From NCBI GenBank assembly GCA_973895155.1, contig OZ316892.1:15864861-15928860 (forward strand): a stretch of DNA of 64,000 nucleotides, in the 5' to 3' direction. Position 1 is the stretch's first letter. Each line of letters opens with the position of its first letter. The notes beneath the pieces were generated by a model, which was not told the DNA's origin, made no database searches, and saw only the letters and a list, made by a program, of their open reading frames with translations. Origin of the DNA: Marsupella aquatica. Lineage: Eukaryota; Plantae; Marchantiophyta. A program made the position numbers and the translations under genes. Shown in pieces: positions 14,827 to 28,892 of this stretch.

Positions 14827-14834
14827 GTTTAGTT

Positions 14835-16436
14835 TTGTTTGTGGACTTCTCCAAGGCCCTTGACAAAGTTTCCCGATCCAAGCTTTGGGATAGGATGGTG
14901 GAGTTGGAAGTGCCTGAAGAGCTCAGGTTGGCTGTTTCTAAATTGTACCAAGAAGTGCGCATCAAACTTTCAAAGGAAACCTCTGAAGAAATCTGGAGCA
15001 CTCTTGGGGTGATCCAAGGTTGTCCTCTCTCACCAACTCTCTTTGGCATCTTCATTGATCAGCTACACAACATTTTGGAGGAGCATGGTGGAGTTGGCAG
15101 TCAATTGGGTAGGTTTGTCCTCCAACTTCTTATATTTGCAGATGATGTGGTCCTACTTGCTCATGCTCAAGAAGCTTTGCAAAGACATCTCAATGCCTTG
15201 GAGGAGTTTTGTCAAGCAACAGGGATGGTAGTCAACCTCAAGAAGACCAAGTGTTTGGGCATTGGCACACGACAAAATCCAGAGCTCTACTTCCAAGGGA
15301 ATCTGGTGGAATTTGTGAGGACCTACAAATACCTTGGGGTGGAGTTCTCTCAAAACTTGAGTTGGGCCTCATGTGTAAAATCTAGGGCTGCCAATGGGTA
15401 CAGAGCTTTTTATGCATTCATGAACAAATGCAAAAGAGCTGGTCTACACACTTGGAGGTTAAGGAAACATCTCTTTGGAGCTTTGGTGAAACCAGTCATT
15501 CTTTATGGAGCACCAATTTGGGGAGCAGGTGTGTCTAAATCTGGGTGGCAACAGATTGAGGGGCTGCAAAAGCTATTTCTTGAGATGGAGCTTGGGATCA
15601 AGTCACAAACCCCATATGCACTTACACTTGCAGAGGCAGGCTTGTTTCCTTTGGAGGTGGAGGCACTCTTCCACACACTCAAATACATCATGCGTGTAAG
15701 AGAGTTGGAGGAAAACAGATTTCCTTTTCATGCCTTGCGCTCATCTTCAGCTAAAGGGTGGTATGCAGATGTGTGCAGGTGGGCCCATGCTTGGGATTTT
15801 CCTGAACATGAATGGCCAACACACCCAACCAAGCTAAGAGCAAAACTTGAGCAAAAGGCTTTGCACAAACTTTGGCATGAACCTAGCCCACGGCAGCAAT
15901 ACTACATGAGAGATGTGAACCCCATGAAGAAATATTGAGAACAAGAATACTTATCTAGCACTATCTCAGTACAACTTAGACAACTTATTGCTCAGTATAG
16001 ACTAAGCTCACACCACCTTGAAGTAGAACAAGGGAGATGGAAGGATATTGACAGGAAAAAGAGGGTTTGTCAACTATGTGATAGCTCTAGTATAGAGAAT
16101 GAATATCATGTATTCATTGCTTGCAAATTTTATGAGGGGGTTAGGATGGCATCTCAAATCTTGGTGAAAGATTTGTATGCATTGTTTCGTCTGCCCCCTC
16201 AGCAACTTGGAAGATATATCTTTGCGGTGGATAGGGAAAGGAGAATAGGTTTGGAAAATCTTTCAGGGCTCTCTAGGTCCATAGTTTCTTTGAGGACATA
16301 GTTGTCCTCTTCTGAGCAATCTCTTTTGGTTGCTCTTTTCTTTGATTGCATTGTACTTTACTTTTTGTGGCAGCTCCTTTGACTTTCATGGTCCCGAAGC
16401 TTATAATACATTACCATTACCATTACCATTACCATT
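14835..16436 (+). mobile_element. RTEX-like LINE copy A1, 5'-truncated (RT to tail)
   Basis: FVDFSKA, GVIQGCPLSP, FADD, YKYLG; C-terminal RLSSHHLEVEQGRW..CxxC..HxxxxC lies beyond a TGA at 15936; (TTACCA)n tail. Confidence 0.92.
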
Positions 16437-16849
16437 GAACTTGGAACGTGAGGGGTGGAGTGTTTGGGGTTTTACGTAGGGTTTTCCTTTTAGTGTTGCC
16501 CACTTTTTGCGACCATTACGGAGTGAACTTCCCGTGCATTATGTGCTTGTTTTTGCTCTCGAGGAGCAGTGTTCAGGCAGTTGCGATGTTCTAACCTTGC
16601 GCTTGCAGTCTATTTGTATACCTGTGTGATGCCTAGACAGGAATCACTCGGCCAGTTAAGTGGGTAAAGCAGGAAGGCACCCTAGGAACACCTTAGTATA
16701 GGGACAAAACAAGGAAAATATAAACCATTAGGGGCAACCATGGAACCCGGGCCGAGGCCGGAGGTAAGGACGCTGAGGGTGAAAACTCGATTAGGGTTAG
16801 GGCGCGTTAAGCGTCGGCGGCTAGGAAGGATCAACGGGAAGAAGGACCG

Positions 16850-19800
16850 GCAGAGGAGAGGGGTAAGGAGCGCTTGCAGGAGATGGTGGCTCATTTGCGA
16901 GCACGAACTAGGCAGACGACTACGGGAGGCCAACTACTGTCAGCTGCTTAAGCAAGCACTCGGGGAGAGAGTAGATACCGACGATCGACCTAAGGAGGGT
17001 ATGAGCAACGTCAATCAAGCGGCACATTTCTGGGGATGCCTGTTCGAACGGCAACTGAGTACATCAAGACTTACGAGGACGAGGAATCAGAAAGGGCAGC
17101 TCGAGAACGGCAAGAGCTCGCTCGATTGTGGGAGCTGTAGAAGACGGCTTTCTTAGGAGGCGAACTCATCAAGGACGAGTTCCTGTGGACGCCTACTTCC
17201 AATCAACTCGACGATCTTCTGTTTTGCAAAGACAGCGTCGTCGGCATCCGAGAGGCCATCAAGAACTGCAACGACATACACTGGGAATTAAAGGGTAGCA
17301 CGGAAAGGTGGACCCAGGCAACGGTGCTAGGAGAAACCTCCACGGCAGCAGAGATGAAGAGGAAGGGAGCCGTCAACGATGAAGCCACCCCGGCAAAAAG
17401 AACGAGGTCGGCGGCACCAAAGAAGCCAGCCGAGCAGCAGAGCAGGAGGCAGGGAGAAGCCGAAGAGGAGGAGGTCGATCCCATCAAGGCCATTCCAACC
17501 AGGGATGACACCTGGAAGGGCTGGGCGGCAACCCTACCGGTGGAGGTGCAACTACATTTTGCACGGGAGGAGGATGCATGCTTCACGGCCATGCAGACCA
17601 AGAAGTACCAAGGCTTCATGGCCGGATCCGGCTTAGAGGCCTTTGTAAGATTACCATGGCTGAAGCCGGAGGTACCGGAGTCAGACCTATTAGAATTCGT
17701 GGGGTCATGGGAACCCGAGACCAATTGCACGAGGATATATGGGAAGGATTTCTATCTTACTCCCAAGGTAATTGCCGAAGTGTTTGGCTTGCCGATAGGC
17801 AATAAGACCAAAGTTGATACCAGGAAGACCTTGCCTGACAAGGAGTTCCGGTCGTTCCCCGGGCTATCAACGAAGAATGGCTTCTTCCGGAACACCTGCA
17901 CCAACCCGCACATAGGAGAGATGATCGACTTCTTGCGGGTGACCATGCATTGTAACTTGCCGAGGGCAGAGATCGGCAAGGCACAGGTCTATCTGGCAGA
18001 AAGGCCAGACCCAAGTCGGGACTACAACGGGTACCTTCTCAACCAATTGAAGAAGATCTTAAAGGAGGAGCAGCAGGTAATCGGCATGGGGAGCGTGTCG
18101 CGGCTTGGCTATCACATGCCGCTATTGTGCCGGTATGCCAGAGGTCAGACTTTTGCCCCGGTACTTCCCCTGCAGGTAAGGGCACCCGAGGAAGCTCCAA
18201 CGCCGAGGCCGTTGGCTGAGAAGCCTCAACCACCTGTTAGCCCTACGATCAAGCAGGTGTTTAGGCCCAGGAAGGAGGACTTGCCGATGCAGCAACCAGG
18301 CATGCAGAGTTTGCTGAAACTACTGGAGAAAGAAAAGAAATCAGCATCGGCAACAACAACGGCAACGGCAACAATGCAGGACACTACTACAGAGGTAGGC
18401 CTACACCGGCTCACAAGAGAAAACCCCTTTGCTGGAGACAAGGAGAGAATTAGGCCTGAATCCAAGCCAGGTGTTCGAATGTATGTGGGAATCTCAAGCT
18501 CCGAATCTGAGGCAGAATTGCCTGAAGCTCCTACCGACGAAGAGGAGAGGGAGAAGCCGGACGGCCAAGAAGTAGAGGAGGCAGTGGAGGACTGCAGCCA
18601 TGATAATTCTGGCTATGGGTCGGACCATCACGTCCCAGGAGTAAGGACTTGTGGCCGGTTTGTCCCCACACTTCCAAGGGTAGTGCAAGGGGACCCCAAC
18701 CAGCAGAGTAGCCCTGAGTCTCCCCCACCAGATGTTGCTCCCCCGAGCTTCGACGGCATAAAACAGACGGTGCAGGAATTTCAGGAGCGAATCAAGCAGG
18801 AAGAGGAGGCAGCCCTGGCTAGGGAAAAGGATTTACCAGGAGGAGATTGGCCGGAGGACATCAGGCGGCTAGCCAAAAAAGGAAGCAAACCTCTAGCCAC
18901 GATTGAAGAGATCCGCAAGACGGCTTGGGAGCAGAGGCCGCGATGGGCGATGCCGATCACTTCTACTTACTCCACCTACGCTAAGAATAGAGCCATGGAG
19001 TATGGTGAGATGTGTGGGGAACTTGCGCTCGGCATCTTTGGAGAGGAGTTGGAGGTAGGACCCTTTTTCCATAGGGAGCAGTTGGAGAAGCACCAATTAG
19101 AAGAAGCGGTGGCTTTAGAGAGAAGCAAGAAGGACGAGGTCATTCGGCGGCTTAGGAGGATGGAAGCCGAGATTGAAGATCTAAGGGCGGCCAAGAAAGC
19201 CCAAGATGAACTGCGGATTAAACGACATGAGCTGAACATCATGCAGGGGCAGTTGGACACCGCGCAGACTGATAATCAGAATATCAAGGATAAACTGACT
19301 CAGACGCAGGGAGAGTTGGCCGACACGATCAAAGAGAGGGAGAAGTGGAAGCAAGAGCTGAAGAATACAGAGGAGGCCCACATAACAGCCAACAGCCGGG
19401 CCATGGCGGAGACCCAAAGAAAGGAATGGGCGTTGAAGGGGGAGCTCGAGAAAATCCGCGGAGCCCTTGAGCAGAAGGAGGCCAAGTTAGGGAAATCCTA
19501 TCAAGGGATTATGGCGCTGCAGCAGGAGCTTGCGTCCCTGACGGCCAGCTTCAAGGCCGACCTAAGGGAGAAGGACGAGATGCTCGAACAGACTTACGCC
19601 AAGATGAACCAGATGGAGTCTGTCATCATTGCAGAGCTCGACAAGGAGCTAAGAGCAACCCAGGAGGAGAGGACTACCTTGAAACAAGAACGGGAGGAAG
19701 CCCAGAAGGAACTAGAGCAGGCACGCAAGGACCTGGATGAGACCCAGGAGGAGTTGGAGGAAATCACGAGGAAGATGGAGAACCTCCAGCGGCGGGCCGA

Positions 19801-20373
19801 CAACCAAACGGAGCGGCTGAAGAAACAAGCCGCAGTATTTAAGTGCTTGTCTTCATCAGGCCAACTCCAATTGGGGCAACCAAGTTACCAGGAGTGGTCC
19901 TGGCCGAAGAAAAAGCCGCGCCAACTGCACCAGTGCCGGAAGTAAGTGGGAAGGGGAAGGGACCAGCTGCCGAACCAAAAAAGAAGAAAAAGCGGAAACC
20001 TTCAGGGTCAAGGAGTAATCCGACTCCACAAGCCGTGGTGACCAAGGAGGTAGAACCAGCACCATCCTCCGGCATGAATACAGCAATAGATCCCGCTATC
20101 ATCACAGGTGGGGGTGGTGCGGCCCAAGCCGAACTACTCAGTAATGAGACCGGTATTCCAGATCCGCCTCTTGAGCAGGCCGGGGAGACCGTAGCCGAGG
20201 CTGAGGCCGTAACCGATTCCCGAGCCGATGCCGACGCTGATGGTGGACCCAGTCAGGCCGATGGAGAGTTGACTCAGTCAAGGGCAGGTAATCTGTCAGA
20301 GAATGAGCCTACGGCAGTGGCTGAGGAGGAAGCGTTGGGGGCGTCCATTAAGGATCCACCACCGGTGTTGTGA
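16850..20373 (+). pseudogene. Large coiled-coil retrotransposon accessory-type ORF (~1100 aa), disrupted by a stop and frameshifts
   Basis: The 873-aa ORF extends upstream in frame past a TAG (~17138) and continues in a second frame at 19843-20373; globular N-part, acidic linker, long heptad region; no introns. Confidence 0.55.
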
Positions 20374-20675
20374 CGGTGCAAGGGCGCCGTTCCTTTTAGG
20401 GAGGGCGGACGTGGAGGGAGGAGGCGTGAGTGGGCAGGGCGGGCGCTGATCTCCAAGTTTAGGATTAGGATCAGGACCAGGAGCGGCCCTGACACTTAGC
20501 TTAGTGGGATTGCGGTCCCACTGGTAGGAGCAACACTTGTGCTCCTGCCTTGCTATACATAGGTAGATTCGGGCAAGTAGATTACTGTTAAGTAGATTAG
20601 GCTTACGATGCAAAGAATGGCGGATCCACTACCAGGATAAGTACCTGGGCAGCGGGGAGCTCAGGGCCTCTTCTT

Positions 20676-21422
20676 TACATCATGCGTGTAAGAGAGTTGG
20701 AGGAAAACAGATTTCCTTTTCATGCCTTGCGCTCATCTTCAGCTAAAGGGTGGTATGCAGATGTGTGCAGGTGGGCCCATGCTTGGGATTTTCCTGAACA
20801 TGAATGGCCAACACACCCAACCAAGCTAAGAGCAAAACTTGAGCAAAAGGCTTTGCACAAACTTTGGCATGAACCTAGCCCACGGCAGCAATACTACATG
20901 AGAGATGTGAACCCCATGAAGAAATATTGAGAACAAGAATACTTATCTAGCACTATCTCAGTACAACTTAGACAACTTATTGCTCAGTATAGACTAAGCT
21001 CACACCACCTTGAAGTAGAACAAGGGAGATGGAAGGATATTGACAGGAAAAAGAGGGTTTGTCAACTATGTGATAGCTCTAGTATAGAGAATGAATATCA
21101 TGTATTCATTGCTTGCAAGTTTTATGAGGGGGTTAGGATGGCATCTCAAATCTTGGTGAAAGATTTGTATGCATTGTTTGGTCTGCCCCCTCAGCAACTT
21201 GGAAGATATATCTTTGCGGTGGATAGGGAAAGGAGAATAGGTTTGGAAAATCTTTCAGGGCTCTCTAGGTCCATAGTTTCTTTGAGGACATAGTTGTCCT
21301 CTTCTGAGCAATCTCTTTTGGTTGCTCTTTTCTTTGATTGCATTGTACTTTACTTTTTGTGGCAGCTCCTTTGACTTTCATGGTCCCGGAGCTTATAATA
21401 CATTACCATTACCATTACCATT
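20676..21422 (+). mobile_element. RTEX-like LINE copy A2, 3' fragment of ~750 bp
   Basis: Near-identical to 15684-16430; (TTACCA)n tail. Confidence 0.93.
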
Positions 21423-22329
21423 TAGCAAGTTTTTAGTTTGCACCAGCCGGGCTGGGATCAAGTAGTACGAGAAGCTCTCGGTTAGTCATACAGTGACCCT
21501 TGTGTATATTCATGTTTCCTCATGCCTAAGAGCTGAATAGAGTTGGCCTCACGGCTTAGTTCGCAGAACTTGTGTATGAGATGTACTGTTTGTATGGCAA
21601 GTGCATGGTATGACTCAGTCAGAATGAGTCATTTTGCTATTTGTGTGTCGCATTAACTTGTGTGAAGAGTGCCCACATCAACCAGAAGGAAGGAAAGTAA
21701 GCAGGGGAGTGAGAGTTGGATGTGTCAAGCTGAGAGAGGTCTTAGCGGCTTAACCAAGCCTATTGGGGATCATTCCGACAGCGGAATCCAAACATACCTA
21801 ACAAGACGGAGGGGAAGACAGGGGAAGGCCTAGATTAGGCCGGCTACGTATCTCATGACCCGATGAAGGATCTGTCCAGTATATGTGTGTAAAATGTTAA
21901 TAGTAGTAGTAGAAGGTTAGCAGCGTCCCATGCCGCTAAGCCGCAGAAACGGCCTCGCCAAGCGCGAAACCTGCGGGAATCGGCTTGAGCTGGGGGGTTT
22001 CTTGGGTTTAGGGAGCCATGGGACGCACCACAACCTGCATTCCTGCTCGATCTCCTTTAGGGACATTTAGGTTTTGGCTGGTAGGGCAAAGAAGGTTGTG
22101 ACTGCTGCAACCTTTGTGAGGAGCTTGTCGGAGTTTGAGGAGTCGGAGGTTGGGGTTTCTTCAAGGTTTTGGGTGACAATCTCGATCACAGTTGTGGTAT
22201 GGACCCTTTTGCTGCACCCATAACGAGCATCGGGAGGCCGTGAGGCTCATTGGGAGGTCCTTCAGTTGTCAAGCTGTCGTTGAGCTGGTGAAGTTGCATG
22301 CGGGTTGCATCTGTTCTGCAGGCACAGTG

Positions 22330-22470
22330 TGGGAATCCATATTTTCATAGTGCTCTTGCAAACTGGGAGTCGAGAGTTTGGAGTCGGGAGCTGAGAAGGG
22401 AATTGTTAGGCTTCAATTACTCTATGGTTTTCTCCAGCTCCATGGTACAGTTTCAATGTTAATGCTTTGT
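22330..22470. repeat. Dispersed repeats of unidentified TE origin
   Basis: 22330-22395 resembles 23800-23872; 22397-22472 resembles 32739-32815. Confidence 0.6.
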
Positions 22471-23943
22471 CCTTGTGCTGGTCTAGGTAGCACGAGCTTC
22501 TACCTATTGTGCCCTCTTGCTGTAAGCGTATCGAGCTGCCTACTGAGTGATTCATACAGCTGCTTACGCATGATCGATAGATTGGACGAATGCCTAGCGC
22601 TGTCCAGCAGGAGAAAACTCTTTTTGGTCATGATCAGGCATTGGAATATAACTAAGTGTGGCAGAGCAACACGGGGAGCTGTAGAGTAGCAGACAAGATG
22701 CAACTACAGAGGAGGCATTGGGAAGGATGCAACGGTGCGGTGAAGGAACAGGGACCGTGGACCCTAACTTGTTTGTTGCCTTGGGAGGATCTGGAGAGCC
22801 CGAGGCGACATGCTTCATTGAGCCTGAGCTTGCAAGCGGCGCTCTAAAACGGCCCCTGGCATTGCAAAGACAGTCTGGCCACAGTGGAGTTGTGGTTGCT
22901 GCTCATCGATTGGAAGTTCTTGGTGTATGAGCTCCATCTTCAAGTTGTACGCGCAACTTTCAGGTGACCTTGTTCAGCGCTTATTCATACACTCCATTGT
23001 TTGAGCTAGACTTTCAAATACCATTTCTCCTTCATAGCTACGATGACCATTGCATTGCCTTACTCTTTCATTGCAGTAGCACAACATTGCATGTCCATCA
23101 GGGGTTTTTCTTTAAGGAATCACGGAATGACTGGATCTAAAAAGCTTTTAGTCTCAACTCAGAACAAGGTTAAACCATCTTTGCAACGGTGTCGCTGGCC
23201 CTTAGATGCAGAATGCTCCGTTGTAATATTGCCTCCAACTTTCCTAGTGTCGTCTAGGCAATTAGATTGCTTTTGAGAAAACTGCCCTTCTTAAAAGTGA
23301 GCAATACTATTAAACCCTGATAGGGGGGGAGCTGGGTGGAGCTACGAGTACTGAGGGAGCTGGGTGTGAGGGTTGGTTACGATGGCCGTGGACCTGCCGT
23401 GGGCTATGGTAGAAACAAATGTGCAGAACCGAGCTCCTGCTGTGCACTTGAACCGGCATCTTGCAACAGCTCATTCACTGAAGCTTTCAGTGGGGAAGTT
23501 CTGCAATACCAAAGTTGAGAGCGGAGGTCACTGTGGATTGACGTTCAGGGCCAGGTCAAGCAAGGAGGTTGGAGTTGAAGCCGCCTATGCTTGGCCTATT
23601 CTATTTTCTCTGCCTGCTGCTTTGCGCTTCTGGCCATGCTGCCTCTTCTACCAGTGCATGAGTCATCTGGAGGAATTGTGTATCATTTCTTCTCAGGAGG
23701 CACAAAATGAGCTTTGTACCATGGTTTCCCAAATTTCTAGCTTGTTGGGTCCATCTAGTTGCACCATACATGTAGTTGTGCCATACAGCTTTTGCATAAT
23801 GTGGGAATCCATATTTTCACAGTGCTTGCTCTTGCAAACTGGGAGCCAAGAGTTTGGAGCCGGGAGCTGAGAGTAAGACTTGTGACTGATTTTGGGCTTT
23901 GTGATGCAAGTTTCCTACTTGCAAATGAAGATTGGGGACCACT

Positions 23944-26900
23944 CACTAGTAGAAACCGGGGGGTATTTAGACCCCATTAAACGACTATTCAGTACCGTAT
24001 AGGACTTGGAAATGACTGGGTAGGACTCCAGTCCTTTATAGAACTATGAGTTGTATATTTTGTTACTATAATCAACTGAGTCCTTTATAGAACTGGTTTA
24101 TAAGTCATTTTATAGACTGGATTTTTAGTCTATTGTAGTCTTTGTGTGGGTAGCTTTGGTGAGTCTTTTTCAGTCTTTTATGGGCTGCGATGGTGAGTCA
24201 TTGGGAACGACTCAAAAGGTTATGGAGGGTAGTCTTTAAGTATACTTTGTGGGTTTATAAAACGACTAAAGTAGACACTTTGTGGGGTATGTATAAGTCT
24301 TTCATGTCAACTGGAAATGAGTGATGAAGACCCCACTATACTACTTGGAATAAACTCACTCTTGTGCACAAATAACACATTCCATTCATGTTTTATTGTG
24401 TACTTGGAATGAACTCACTCTATAAGCTCACCATTCACCATGTTAACATTAGAACCTCACACAAATTTTCAAAAATCTTCTATACCATGTACACTAATAT
24501 GAATTCACAGATTCAAACATCATAGACTACAAAGAAGGTCACAAAACATTCGTCTATACCATACACACTAATACTGAAATGATACAAAACAGATTCAAGT
24601 ATCATAGACAATCACCATAGAGCCATAGTTTGACATCAATCACTTGTTTCATACATACAGAATTCAGAAATATGAATATCACACACAACAGCTCCTTCAT
24701 CCTCTTTACCAAATGGAAAAATTGGTACAGATATTTCTTGGATCTTTCCAAGGCAATGTCAAAATATTACACAATTCACATGATTCTATCTACACTTGCA
24801 TTCAGTCACTACAGACTAACACACTCTGATGGCCAGAGCACAAGAGATCCTACTGCATCTGTAATTATTTCTTGAGGTGGATCATCGTCTCTATTCGGAA
24901 ATGGCAAATTACAATCAGATACAATCACTGTAGTCAACAACACTACTACATGGTCATCCGGGACCACTTTGTCATGGAATTTAGCATGATCCGGTCGCAA
25001 AATGTTTGTACCCACACATACCTGCGAGTCATCCTCCCATGATAGAAGATTATGGACTGGCTCTGCTGTGGCTATCACCTCCACCTTACCCTGGCTGTTT
25101 TTCTTGGCTTTCCTGGGTGGCTTATACATGACATTATTCATACCTTGGTTGCGAGTCATGACTTTGGCACGAGTGTTTTGTGCTGGTGATCGAGAATTGG
25201 CTACACTCTTCTTCAAAGAATCTGCATCCATATTTGACACTTCCGATTGTGTAGCAGGATTTCCCTGCAACATCATCTCAGTATCTGCCAACATAGTACT
25301 TGCTTCAATTGAAGCATCTGTAATCTTACTTGCATCCAATGTTGCTCCCAAGTTTCGACGTCGTTTCACCCTGCTCCCACTTGGTTGAGTCTGTCAACTC
25401 TGCATCAACTACAATTCAGTGCATTGTCCAACATAAGTGAATCACTCATCACATGTGCGCCATGTACATGTCACCAACCACAAAGTTGTCACTATCTCTT
25501 TACCATTATGAACAGCCTTCTTCCCCTTCTTTGCCATTGCCATATCCTCCATGTCTGCTTCTGTTGATCAATAAACACACCACAATATTCAAGTTCAATC
25601 TATTAACCACTGAATTGTTTCTCAACAATGGTAGGAGAGGAATTTAAAGCATCAGCTTACCTGATACCTCCTTGGCTATGGTCACTGAGGCACTGGGCAC
25701 ATCTTTTTCATTGCTCTTTGAATCACCGGATACATCAATCATGATGTCACTTCAGATCCCAATTGATCCAACCAGTTCTTACAGAAAAGATTACCTCCAA
25801 CCGACTTAAGCTTCACAAAACTCCATGCACTTTTCAATGTAATGTATTGGATCATAGCAGGTTACCTGTCTCAGCAACCTTTTTGCCATTCTGCTTACTG
25901 ATTACAAGGTCCTTCTCTGCCTCCACTCTTCCTGCATTCAAACCATTCACTCAATTCATGAAAAATTACTTCTATCATTTGAACATAGGACACAATGAAC
26001 AGTGGGCCGGTGTCATTTCCATACCTGTGTCAGATTTGCCAATTCCCTTTTTTGTTAACAAGGGCACACTTTGTACAATGTTGCCCTCATTGTTTGGTTG
26101 GGAACCACCCAATTTTTCAATCACAAGCTTGAAATTAGATTCCACTGATGCAAGAAGGTTCACTACAGATGCCTCCACAATATCCAAACGATCAGCCAAT
26201 TTACTTTCCACTCGAGGGAGTCCACACTCTAATGACTTCAACTGTTCACACATCTCTGTGAGAGTTGTAACAGTTTCCTGTCATAACATAGCTTACATAT
26301 CTCAGATAATTGTCCCCACGAACTGGTTGCTTACTTCCTATTACAATTCTTTCTGATGCTCAAGGCCAAATAGTCAACATACAGAATTACAACATAATCA
26401 CCTGTTTGGAAGTCACACTTGTCACCTCACTCCTTTGTTTCATGAACTCCTCCCTCACTTCTTGTGCTGATGGTTCTTCACCTGTCAATTTCTTTTGCAG
26501 TCCACATCAACATACATATGAATGAAACCAAGTGTTGATTGTCAATGAAAATGTAATAATGGTAGCAAGATGATAAGTTTGAGGCTTACTATCAGGCATG
26601 TCACTGCCTTACCAATTGTTCTTTCACTGGAGCATAACTTCCTCTCCCAACCTGTGACAGGTGTTTCACTTTGCCTCGAGCATTTGACATCAGTTCACTC
26701 TTGCTCTGCCCAGCCTCCGACATGAACCCTTTGATTAACTGTGTCCATTGATTCAATTCCAATGATGGGGGTGGTGGCATTCTCCTGTTAGAACCATTGT
26801 CTATCCACATCCTTTTCAACCTATGCCTCTCTTGTTTCAAAATCCTCATTGCATAATCTGATATGCAATCTTCAACTGGGCCCTTACCATCATTACCAAC

Positions 26901-28892
26901 ATACTCCCACCGTTCAAGAATGTCCTTGCAGAGAGCAGCCCAATCAACTTTGTTCTGACTCCTAAACTCTGTAATGCTCAAATCTAACCAACGCAATACT
27001 TCTCCTCTTAGGTCATAATGCCAACGTTTCTTACCATCACATGTGGGAGTTATCCAACCATCGGAATTCACTTCTACTTTACCAAATTTGTTACTATCTC
27101 CTGCCTTGGTACTCCCTGAAGCGCTACTAGGTGTCCCTCCACGGCCTGGTGTCCCCCCACGGCCTGGGGTCCCTCCACGGCCTGATCTCCCCCCACGGCC
27201 TGGATTGCATTGTCCAAACCTCCCTGGAGTCCCTGCACATTTACAGGATCCATTAGGTAAGTATGAATCATAAATCCTGCTGCCAAATATACACTGGACT
27301 TCAGAGCAATTCTGCAATGACCAAGTTACCTCTCCCTTGGCGCATAGATGGTTCTGGACCACCTGTCCTATTGCTTTGTCTTGATGAATTAGGGCCATTT
27401 CTCCCGCCTGTGAATGATTGCCTCCTATCTGAACGTGGATGGCCTTTGTTGTTTTCGTGATTGTCCCAATCAGAGTCTGCATACCAATAGGTACATGCCA
27501 CACTCATGGACCTGTAAGATAAACTCTTTGCCCTAGCTACACATCAAATAAGTCCAGATTGAGCTAAATCTCTACTACCATCACAAAATCACTAGCACAA
27601 GGCACTTACTTGTCCAATCATCCTCCTCACCTTTCCATTGCCCTCTGTACCCGTCTCTACCACGCTCTGGGTGTTCATATTCATCCCATCCATCTTCTGC
27701 TCCATCATAGTCATCATCATAATTATCAAGCGTCCCTTGCCAATAACTCTGGCTCCTTCTAGGGTATGGATTATGTGATTTCTCTCTAGCTGCCCACCTA
27801 CCTGGGACTTGATGAGGGCCCTGTGCATCCTGCACAGGTGTATTTTTCTGTGAGCCCCTTGCATCTGGGTCTCCATCCATATCCAATCTTTCCTCTTCAC
27901 CCCACTCTCCAAGCCCATGTCTGTCTCAATGTCATCACCCTCTTCCCCCATAGTTTCTGCACAGCACCCACAACCAAACAGGGAGAATCAGCACACTAAA
28001 TTCAAAGTATCAATCAATTTCATGCATATCCAACTATCCTAAACATCATTCCAGGCAGCAATTCCCATTCTATGACTCTGTGCAGGTAGTCATCCTCAAC
28101 CTCATACTTGCCAATCGCCAGTTGTTGCCTATTGCACATCATCAACCTCATCATATTCCATCTCCCCAGGTTCATCATATGTCTCTCTCAATGTTAAGGG
28201 GATGTAGTCAGTCCCTGCCCGAGTTGGAAGTACAGTCTCGTGACTAGGATGCTCGAATGCAGCATGGTCATCCAAACTGAACTCTACTTTACTTCCATCC
28301 ATCCGCTTGTTCTGTGCTTAGCTATGGCATACCACTCTCCAGCCATGTGACTCCTCCACATCTGCAAAGAAAGCCTGTTCAACTTGGCTAGGGAAAACAA
28401 AAGTCTCAGACCATTCTGGTACTCTGGACCTAAAATTGGCCAACAAGAACCCATCATGATCACGCTTCATGGTGGCCCTTGGTCTCTGCCACTCTGATTT
28501 CACCCATGATCCCTTCATCAATATCACTGGGACACTTGTGTTACCATAATTCAACACCCAAATGTCGGTCAACTCCCCCACGTAACCCATCTTCATCCAC
28601 CCCCTCTGTTCTTCAGAGGTTCTCTGCTCAAACACAGAAATCAAACTACAATCATATGCTACACAATGGTCACCCTGCTCATCCCTCACTCGATAATGAT
28701 TTCCATAAGCTCTCATCCGTTTGTAGGTCAGAATAGACTATCGTGGTGGCACAGATAGAAGATACAAACCCTTCTCCATATCTGGGTGATGTCTACTATG
28801 CTCTCGAATTGTCACCCGAATCCACTGCTCAAACTGTGGGAAGGGATCCTGCTGCCCAAAGTGTGCAGCTTTTTGCATATCATATTCCCTAC
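23944..28892 (-). mobile_element. CACTA/EnSpm transposon, one end plus degenerate TnpD C-terminus and TnpA-like exons
   Basis: TIR CACTAGTAGAAA at 23944 with GACT/AGTC-rich subterminal region; DUF4216-like ORF 28318-28716 (YGNHYRV..YVGELTDIW..FVFPSQVEQAFF..GWRVV); TnpA-like ORFs 26601-27503 and 24809-25369. Confidence 0.85.
27130..27203. repeat. 18-bp tandem repeat (~4 units) coding GRGGTP
   Basis: CCACGGCCTGGTGTCCCC units; only about 2 units in the paralogue near 34195. Confidence 0.85.

Noticed and set aside
14745-14834. ORF start MALVVKSKSKS as a real RT N-terminus; CACTAGTAG at 14749 as a TIR
   Set aside because: It is a chance fusion of P-like DNA and antisense B; no subterminal repeats follow
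16408-16436. (TTACCA)n as an interstitial telomere
   Set aside because: It does not match plant telomere motifs and always follows the LINE 3' UTR
20676-20711. A2 and A5 overlap by 36 nt, as if halves of one element split by a 24-kb inversion
   Set aside because: A2 looks like an ordinary 5'-truncated insertion, and the reciprocal junction joins nothing recognisable; probably coincidence
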